Source of the DNA: a virus
Strand: one strand, 5' to 3'
Length of the DNA: 64,000 nt
IMG/VR virus record: IMGVR_UViG_3300020048_000014
Location: 96,001 to 160,000 of that record
The notes beneath the pieces are model-generated. The model searched no databases and was not told the origin of the DNA. It saw only the letters and a program-made list of their open reading frames with translations. A program made the translations under genes and the position numbers. Numbering within the stretch: the stretch's first letter is position 1; each line of letters starts with the position of its first letter. Below, piece by piece: positions 57,561-64,000 of the stretch.

Positions 57561-58114
57561 GAAATTATATAGACATAGGTTGTAATGTTTTGGGTGGTTA
57601 TAATCATCTAACTAGATTAGAAGATTTTTCAAATTTTGAAAAACTGATATTTGTTGAACCGAATCCCGAATGTTGGGAATTTTTGGAAACAAATTTACCC
57701 ATAAAATCTAAATTATTACGAAACGCATTATCAACAAAAGTAGAAGAGGTGGAATTAATAACTAGAGCAGATCAATTAGCTTGCGTAGGTGCTACTATTC
57801 TTGGACAAGAATATTATGATTTTAATCTACATAAGCATAATCTACATGTTGACAAGTATAATAAATATAAAATAACCACCACAACACTGGAGAATATATT
57901 AGTTGAATGTGATATAATACCGGAGCACACTTTATTAAAGATAGATGCCGAGGGTGTAGAATACGATGTATTAGAAGATGTAATCAATAAACAGTTAAGA
58001 TTTGGAAAAATATATTGTGAATTTCATATTCAAAAAAATGTTGACATTGAGAGAAAGGCTGATATCATCAGAAAGATGAATAAATTAGGAACAACCTTAG
58101 TAGAATGGTATTAA
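57557..58114 (+). CDS. FkbM-family SAM methyltransferase
   Basis: YIDIGCN, FVEPNP, LLKIDAEGVEY, IYCEFH. Confidence 0.85.
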   Translation: MRNYIDIGCNVLGGYNHLTRLEDFSNFEKLIFVEPNPECWEFLETNLPIKSKLLRNALSTKVEEVELITRADQLACVGATILGQEYYDFNLHKHNLHVDKYNKYKITTTTLENILVECDIIPEHTLLKIDAEGVEYDVLEDVINKQLRFGKIYCEFHIQKNVDIERKADIIRKMNKLGTTLVEWY

Positions 58115-58117
58115 ATT

Positions 58118-58759
58118 ATGTTAATTGAATTTCAAAATATTAATAAGTATAGTATAACACCTAAAGGTGTAATACATGTGGGGATGCATAAGGCAGAAGA
58201 ATATGAAACGTATATTGCATCCGGTGTATCTTCAATAATCTTCATTGAAGCTAATGAATCTTTATGTAAAGAAGCTGAAACTAAATCAATGGCTGCTTGG
58301 ATAAAACATGCAGCAATTTCCGATAAAAAGGAATTGATTCAATTCAATATCACCAATAATGGTGAAAGTTCATCAATACTTGAACTTGGTGATCATTCTT
58401 ATATATATCCATCAATAGTTAATATTGAAAGTGTTGAGATGATGACATCCACACTAGATGAAATATTTCAGATTGGTGAATATGAGCCTATCGATCTAAT
58501 TGATAGAGTATTTCACCAATTACATCGTTTCAATATACTCAATTTAGATATTCAAGGGGCCGAGTTAAAAGCTATGAAGGGATTATCGGATTGGAGTAAC
58601 ATAGAAGCAATTTTTACCGAGGTAAATTACCGAGAAATGTATAAGGGGTGTCCACTTATAGAAGAAATTGATGAATTCTTATTGGAAAAGAGATTTAAAA
58701 AGGTGGAGGAATCGAATACAGGTGCCGGATGGGGTGATGCCCTATATATTAAAATGTAA
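58118..58759 (+). CDS. FkbM-family SAM methyltransferase
   Basis: VIHVGMH, FIEAN, LNLDIQGAEL, FTEVN, WGDALY. Confidence 0.88.
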   Translation: MLIEFQNINKYSITPKGVIHVGMHKAEEYETYIASGVSSIIFIEANESLCKEAETKSMAAWIKHAAISDKKELIQFNITNNGESSSILELGDHSYIYPSIVNIESVEMMTSTLDEIFQIGEYEPIDLIDRVFHQLHRFNILNLDIQGAELKAMKGLSDWSNIEAIFTEVNYREMYKGCPLIEEIDEFLLEKRFKKVEESNTGAGWGDALYIKM

Positions 58760-58760
58760 T

Positions 58761-59096
58761 ATGTTTGACGCAATAAATTATTTACTACACGAAAAGAATA
58801 AATCCGAATTAGATCCAGATCTTCTTCAGGAATTTAATCCATTCTTCACAGCTAAAGTTTTCTCATATTATGATTCGGGAAAATACTCTGGATATATAAA
58901 CGACACATTAAATCTATACTCGGGGATTTTTAAAACTAAGGAAGAGGAGTTCAAGTTTTTTGATGCTGTTATTCCAAAATTAAAGAGGAGAAAATCGGAG
59001 TATATTAAAAAGCCAGCACCGGGGAAAGTTAAAGAAGAATCCCAACATATACCGGAATTCTTTTCGAGAAGAGAAATTGAATCATATGACAAGTGA
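58761..59096 (+). CDS. gp62: Clamp loader small subunit (T4 gp62-like)
   Basis: MFDAINYLL...FNPFF...SYY...INDTLN...FFDAVIPKLKRRKSEYIKK. Confidence 0.6.
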   Translation: MFDAINYLLHEKNKSELDPDLLQEFNPFFTAKVFSYYDSGKYSGYINDTLNLYSGIFKTKEEEFKFFDAVIPKLKRRKSEYIKKPAPGKVKEESQHIPEFFSRREIESYDK

Positions 59097-59370
59097 CGAA
59101 ATAAAGATAAAAAGATTAGCTATTCAAAAAGAGGAACATTCAGAAAGAAATAAAATTCTTGACCCCCATTATACCAAATATCACAAGATGGAGAAAGATT
59201 TGGAAGCTGAATGCGAATTGATTGGACATTTTTTTCAAAAGGCTTACTATAATTGGGGGAGTTTTGATGAAAGACAATTCACACATGAAACATTCAACTG
59301 TAAATATTGTAGAAAAAGAATACATGTTCATTATTCAGAAGTTGACAACGTAAATAATCATCTTAAATAG
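59086..59370 (+). CDS. Hypothetical protein with CxxC
   Basis: ECELIGH...CKYC. Confidence 0.6.
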   Translation: MTSDEIKIKRLAIQKEEHSERNKILDPHYTKYHKMEKDLEAECELIGHFFQKAYYNWGSFDERQFTHETFNCKYCRKRIHVHYSEVDNVNNHLK

Positions 59371-59374
59371 TCAT

Positions 59375-59806
59375 ATGTCTAATTATACACACCTAGAACA
59401 AGCCCCGATCTCAATTGACTTTGCACCAGTCCAGAAGTCCCATATCGATCTTTCTGATCGCAATCTACCGACAGATTTTGGACTCGATGATTATATCTTT
59501 TCTCAGTTGTTAGACGATATCATCCTAATTGAGTATGCTGACATGGTGATGGATGAGGTCGCAGGTGATTATATTATGCGTGGTGGGATCGCAATTCCGG
59601 TGAATCAGATTCATAATGCTTGGAGGAAGGGTAAAATTATCATCACTGGTCCACAAGTTCGATGGGTTAAAAAAGGTGATATTGTAGTATTTCCAAATAA
59701 CATGGGAATCCCGATTACGAATCTGGAAGTTGAAGACCATGGCAAAATTAAGAATGGATTGTTTTTGAACGAACAACGACTCTTCGGTGTTTGTAAGGTT
59801 AAATGA
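59375..59806 (+). CDS. GroES-like co-chaperonin (T4 gp31 analogue)
   Basis: LLDDIILIE...GGIAIP...GKIIITGPQVRWVKKGDIVVF. Confidence 0.8.
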   Translation: MSNYTHLEQAPISIDFAPVQKSHIDLSDRNLPTDFGLDDYIFSQLLDDIILIEYADMVMDEVAGDYIMRGGIAIPVNQIHNAWRKGKIIITGPQVRWVKKGDIVVFPNNMGIPITNLEVEDHGKIKNGLFLNEQRLFGVCKVK

Positions 59807-59807
59807 T

Positions 59808-60347
59808 ATGAAAGTTTTCCACATGATTCCTTGGAATACCGATAAAAATATCGGGAGGGCGTACAATGAGATGATGTTCCTAGTGGGCGATAATGATTGG
59901 GTCTGCTTTATAGATGGTGATGCTGTTCACACATCACATTTTTTCGGAAAACGGATTGAGGATGTGATCACATCAAACCCCGAATATTCAATGTTTACAT
60001 GCATGACAAACAGGGTGGGTAGACCATATCAAATACCTGCAAATGTCGATACCAAATCAAATGATCAAAAATATCACAGGGAATTTGGCGATTTATTATG
60101 GGATAAAAATGGGGTTAATGTGTTGAATATAACAGATCGCCCAAACCTAAGTGGTGTTATGATTTTGATAAAAAAAACTATGTGGGAAACCGTAGGAGGA
60201 TTTAAAGAAAAGAAGATGATTACCATAGATGGTGATATGCATCAACGAGTTAAATGCTCTGAGGGCAAGGTTGGTTTGATGCGAGGAATATATGTCCAAC
60301 ATTGGTATAGGGGTGGAAACGCCCAAAACAAAAAACATTTACAATGA
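59808..60347 (+). CDS. Glycosyltransferase (GT-A fold)
   Basis: NIGRAYN, WVCFIDGD, LSGVMILI, GGF, IDGD. Confidence 0.75.
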   Translation: MKVFHMIPWNTDKNIGRAYNEMMFLVGDNDWVCFIDGDAVHTSHFFGKRIEDVITSNPEYSMFTCMTNRVGRPYQIPANVDTKSNDQKYHREFGDLLWDKNGVNVLNITDRPNLSGVMILIKKTMWETVGGFKEKKMITIDGDMHQRVKCSEGKVGLMRGIYVQHWYRGGNAQNKKHLQ

Positions 60348-61181
60348 GTATTGAATTGCTTTATCTCTCATTTTAGTGTCTATTATTTCAGGATAGTCAT
60401 ATCCCAACATTTTACTCGCATTAAAGTTATACAAACATCCATTTAATTTACGCCTTATACATTCTTCGGAAAATATCCTATAGTGATAACATAAGAGTGT
60501 AGCATTTTTAATGCCTACCTCATTAAAATTTTGATAATGTATTGATTTTTTTGTAGACATGTTAAAAGGTTCGTTATTGACACTATCAACACTCACAACG
60601 GTATTAATATTATAGGGGGAGTATGGATTATGAGGACCACAGTTTTTAAATTTAATTGGTTTAAAAACTGATTTACATGGTATCAGTTTCGAATAACATC
60701 TGAATTTATATTGAGATAAATGTTTAGATACATGTGGCAGATCGTGATTCCATCTATATGTAGTGTCCTTCAATAAAGATTGTGGATTGTTCACTCTTCC
60801 ATTTCTAGTCATCATAACCCATGGGATCTTAATCCTATCAACATTTTTATAGGTTGTTTCTAAATGTGTTCGGATAGTTTTTTTATCATTGGAGGTAATA
60901 AATTCGTCAACATCAACATTAATAACCCAGTCAAATGATTTAACCTTATTATATAAATGTTTTAAAATTCCACCATTTAAAGTGACCCTATTTGACGTAA
61001 AGGATTTAACATTTAAGATAGTTATATTATCTAAATATTTACTGTCAATTTTATCATATGTCCCTACATCTGAATTATCGTCATATATATAAATTTTATC
61101 GACCCCTTCATTTATATAATATGCTATAAATTCATGTATAAATGGTTCATTTTTACATCTGGTTATTAATGCTAATGTCAT
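60339..61181 (-). CDS. Glycosyltransferase family 2 (Glyco_tranf_2_4/GT92-like)
   Basis: CKNEPFIHEFIAYY...IYIYDDNSD...WVINVDVDEF...KS...HY. Confidence 0.82.
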   Translation of the reverse strand: MTLALITRCKNEPFIHEFIAYYINEGVDKIYIYDDNSDVGTYDKIDSKYLDNITILNVKSFTSNRVTLNGGILKHLYNKVKSFDWVINVDVDEFITSNDKKTIRTHLETTYKNVDRIKIPWVMMTRNGRVNNPQSLLKDTTYRWNHDLPHVSKHLSQYKFRCYSKLIPCKSVFKPIKFKNCGPHNPYSPYNINTVVSVDSVNNEPFNMSTKKSIHYQNFNEVGIKNATLLCYHYRIFSEECIRRKLNGCLYNFNASKMLGYDYPEIIDTKMRDKAIQYSL

Positions 61182-61326
61182 AATGCTCTTGTTGAATATT
61201 TAACCAATTACTAATAAAATTATTAATCCGGTTGTTATATTCAGTTGTCAGATTTATTAAATAAAAAGAGATCAGTTTTCATTAACGATATATCATTAAA
61301 CAGGAAACAAATTTTGCCAAATAACT

Positions 61327-61902
61327 ATGAAACATTACTATAAAAATATACCGGGGTGGTTTACATTTAAACAGTTCTATTCTAAAATTCTAGAAGATTT
61401 ACCCGATAGCGCACATATAGTGGAAATAGGATCTTGGGAAGGACGTTCTGCTATATATATGGGGGTGGAAATACTAAATTCTGGTAAAAAAATTAAATTT
61501 GACTGTGTGGATAAATGGATTGGGATATTACCTCCAACAGAACATAGAAAAAAAGTTGTTTACCACAAAGATGCACTAAAGTCTCCAAATGGTTCATATA
61601 ATTGTTTTTTAAAAAATATTGAACCCCTTAAAGATGTGATCAATCCTGTCCGATGTTCTTCACTAGATGCTGCACTTTTATACAAAAACGAATCTTTAGA
61701 TTTTGTATTTATCGATGCTGACCATTCATATAAAGAAGTTAAAAAAGATATTCTAGCTTGGATGCCGAAAATAAAAAATGGGGGCATACTTTCAGGGCAT
61801 GATTATCCATTTCCAGACGTTAAACGAGCAGTCGATGAAAATGTTGAAGACGTTATTATACTTAAAGATGAAAAGGTTTGGTATAAAAAAATAATCTGTT
61901 AA
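61327..61902 (+). CDS. Class I SAM methyltransferase (Methyltransf_24-like)
   Basis: VEIGSWEGRS, DFVFIDADHSY, GGILSGHDY. Confidence 0.88.
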   Translation: MKHYYKNIPGWFTFKQFYSKILEDLPDSAHIVEIGSWEGRSAIYMGVEILNSGKKIKFDCVDKWIGILPPTEHRKKVVYHKDALKSPNGSYNCFLKNIEPLKDVINPVRCSSLDAALLYKNESLDFVFIDADHSYKEVKKDILAWMPKIKNGGILSGHDYPFPDVKRAVDENVEDVIILKDEKVWYKKIIC

Positions 61903-62417
61903 TGTTCAACGTAAAAGGCTTCTAAAAATTCAGATATTCTTTTATTATATTCAGTGGTTAAGGCAATACCTTTTTCTAATGTAAAATTATTTCGTTTTTG
62001 TAGAGAAATAGCAATGTCCATACTGTTTCTATAACATACTATAAATTGTGGATTGGGTAAATAATTCAACCATACGTCTATGGTTAGACAGGTTCTAGGA
62101 TCTTTAAATCCCCAACTTTCCATATTTTTAGTCTTAGCAGAATCTATTTCTTTAGATATAATAGATTTAATATTTTCCTCATACCTAGCCCCCACCTCTA
62201 GTATTTTTTCTCTTGGTGGTGGATTATGCCAACTGCCACCAGATTGATGTAATATTTTATCATTCAAACGTATTATATCAACGTTTTCATAATGTCCTTT
62301 TGGATTATCTTTTAACCCCAATAATAATTTATCCCCCATATGGACCTCAGAATTTAAAGATCTTGCGACTAATGAAGTCGCAGCCCTATGCATCCCCAAC
62401 ACTACAATTGTTTTCAT
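61899..62417 (-). CDS. Sulfotransferase-family protein
   Basis: VVLGMHRAATS (LGMHRSGTS-type), NPKGHYE, WGFKDPR, VCYRN...A.SL.KR. Confidence 0.8.
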   Translation of the reverse strand: MKTIVVLGMHRAATSLVARSLNSEVHMGDKLLLGLKDNPKGHYENVDIIRLNDKILHQSGGSWHNPPPREKILEVGARYEENIKSIISKEIDSAKTKNMESWGFKDPRTCLTIDVWLNYLPNPQFIVCYRNSMDIAISLQKRNNFTLEKGIALTTEYNKRISEFLEAFYVEH

Positions 62418-63162
62418 TTATATACTTATGTAAAAGTTTTTTATAATCAACATTCCACTTTGGTTGTAGGATAATATCTCCGATTGGAATTTTTCCATCG
62501 TCTTTTAACTTATCTATATGTCTTTTATGTCTGATTAAGATATTTTCTTTATTAGTCGAATCACAACCTCGCCCAGACATATGGTAACTTCGACCGCCCC
62601 ACAAATACATCCAAGATACTTCATCATCTGAGGGGTCTGCATTAATCACTTTACATTTATAATCTTTTTTAATTTTAATTACGAATGACATATCATACCC
62701 AGCATTTTCCAATTCATGTTTTCCCGATCTCTCCCATATTTCTTTAGTATATACGATACCAGAGTTTCCAACACTGTGTAGAGCATCTATCTTCCCATGA
62801 TTTACTGTGGCACCATTTTTCCAATGTAGTAAGTCATATCCCGGAAAATATTTATTGATATTTTCTAGGTGATTTGTTAAAGCTATGTCATCATCATCCC
62901 ATACTGCTATCGTATTATATTTACAATTAGTCACCGCAAAATTTTCCTTTTCTCCGATAGTGTTAAAAGTTTTATCTAAATTTATGATTCTCACATTTGG
63001 GTGGTCAAAATATAATCGTTGTTCGGGGTAGTCGTTCACAATTACCATTTCTTTATCACCATCGTAATCTTGATTCAAAAAGCTATATATTGATTCCTCT
63101 AATAAATCCACCCTACCATAAGTGATACACTTACAAGAAATAGGAAGCTTTTTGATATTCAT
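62386..63162 (-). CDS. Glycosyltransferase family 2
   Basis: CITYGR...FLNQDY...IVND...IGEKEN...AVWDDDD. ATG MNIK at 63162. Confidence 0.85.
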   Translation of the reverse strand: MNIKKLPISCKCITYGRVDLLEESIYSFLNQDYDGDKEMVIVNDYPEQRLYFDHPNVRIINLDKTFNTIGEKENFAVTNCKYNTIAVWDDDDIALTNHLENINKYFPGYDLLHWKNGATVNHGKIDALHSVGNSGIVYTKEIWERSGKHELENAGYDMSFVIKIKKDYKCKVINADPSDDEVSWMYLWGGRSYHMSGRGCDSTNKENILIRHKRHIDKLKDDGKIPIGDIILQPKWNVDYKKLLHKYINENNCSVGDA

Positions 63163-63213
63163 ATGCAATTTATTTATGAAAAGTTCAGAGGATGTCAAAT
63201 ATTAAATAACTAA

Positions 63214-63759
63214 ATGGCTAAAGCATCTGGGAAGGCTCGATACGAAAAAATATGGCGAGATGCTAAAGGAAATCTCCGAGATGCTTGGGGACGTTTCTTA
63301 AAAAGTTGGCAGGAGATTGAAGGATATAAAGAAGAAGAAAACTATCAATCTAAAATTGAACAATCCGATAGACAGATACAAAGAGGAGAGTTAAAAAATC
63401 TACTTACACAGAATGTCTGCGAGATTGTGTTTGTTCGTAGAAGACCCGAGAGAGCACCCGGAAGACCCGAAGTTAGAAGAATGCTATGCACATTGTGTAG
63501 AAACATCCAAGTATCTGAAAGAGGAAAACGATCTCTTTCTTTTGAAGAACCAAAGACAAGTAGGAGGTTGGACGAAGTAAAACACAACATCGTAGTGGTT
63601 TGGGACATAATACAATGCAAATATCGAAACGTGAGTATGGATACATGCTATTTGAGACAGACCATACCCGGAGATGAAACTTTTTGGAAATATTATGATA
63701 AAGTTTTTTCTCCGATGTCTCCACAACAAAGACAACATTGGATAGATTCAATGACTTGA
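63214..63759 (+). CDS. Hypothetical protein with WYL_2/DUF2693-like SH3 barrel
   Basis: VCEIVF...RRMLCTL...VVWDI...YRNV, with TAAATA 5 nt upstream. Confidence 0.5.
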   Translation: MAKASGKARYEKIWRDAKGNLRDAWGRFLKSWQEIEGYKEEENYQSKIEQSDRQIQRGELKNLLTQNVCEIVFVRRRPERAPGRPEVRRMLCTLCRNIQVSERGKRSLSFEEPKTSRRLDEVKHNIVVVWDIIQCKYRNVSMDTCYLRQTIPGDETFWKYYDKVFSPMSPQQRQHWIDSMT

Positions 63760-63789
63760 TTAATTTTATATATCATATAAATAATTTTC

Positions 63790-64000
63790 ATGATAAAACT
63801 TGAGGAGCAGTTGAAAAATATCATTTTAAAAAATGTAGATTTTCAAATTGATGGTAAATCTATTAAACGGGGCAAAATTAAAGTCTATAATAGTAAACAG
63901 TTTTTTATTAGATTTAAGATTGAGAGTGACAATAAAACAATTGAGTATGATTTACCGTATCCATTTAAAATTGTGAAAAATTCTACTGGATATGTTTTCG
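63790..64000 (+). CDS. Hypothetical protein (3' truncated by window)
   Basis: ATG 6 nt after TATAAATA (63776-63783), open to the window end. Confidence 0.65.
   Translation, partial: MIKLEEQLKNIILKNVDFQIDGKSIKRGKIKVYNSKQFFIRFKIESDNKTIEYDLPYPFKIVKNSTGYVF

Noticed and set aside
708-63738. Numerous short antisense ORFs in the six-frame track (e.g. 708-977, 19471-19686, 39477-39848, 63345-63620)
   Set aside because: They lie wholly opposite well-supported genes, have hydrophobic/Ser-rich shadow composition, and lack start signals.
1-64000. Stop-codon reassignment (common in large phages)
   Set aside because: Core genes are full length in the standard code, and TAA, TGA and TAG all terminate conserved genes (e.g. 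TAG ends uvsX and the ART gene).
1-64000. Eukaryotic giant virus origin (GT richness, mucin, exostosin)
   Set aside because: gp32, gp45, gp46/47, gp55, UvsX/W/Y, PhoH and sigma70-type promoters identify a T4-like bacteriophage.
1-64000. tRNA genes
   Set aside because: No intergenic space with a cloverleaf or T-loop GTTCRA context was found by eye. tRNAscan-SE would confirm.

Overview
This is a 64-kb segment of a large, AT-rich T4-like (myovirus-type) dsDNA bacteriophage genome in the standard genetic code. It is not a cellular chromosome. From 1 to 15.4 kb is a + strand virion module: baseplate/tail-like proteins, two paralogous fibre proteins with internal repeats, a lectin-like protein, a stand-alone nucleotidyltransferase and a Thr/Pro mucin-like protein next to a glycosyltransferase. 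From 17 to 44.6 kb is a mostly - strand T4-type replication/recombination core (primase, clamp, SSB, helicase, UvsX, family-B polymerase, gp46/47, gp55 late sigma factor, UvsW, UvsY), with interspersed orphan genes. From 44.6 to 53 kb are small acidic orphans, ART-like proteins, a retropepsin-like protease, an ABC ATPase and PhoH. From 53 to 63 kb is a dense glycan-modification region. Main observations: (1) 17 glycan-modifying genes (12 glycosyltransferase-like, 2 sulfotransferases, 3 methyltransferases) plus a candidate mucin-like acceptor; (2) a TAAATA box 4-7 nt upstream of about 20 start codons, implying leaderless late mRNAs, and in one case forming the loop of a perfect 13-bp hairpin that buries the ATG; (3) a family of proteins with capsid-targeting-like N-termini, including ADP-ribosyltransferase-like cargo; (4) small insertion scars (a 22-bp direct repeat around an ART gene, a major-capsid-like fragment with a duplicated junction, and a GIY-YIG relic). 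All functional calls come from motif recognition by eye; no database search was run. No tRNA, rRNA, CRISPR array, intron or intein was seen.
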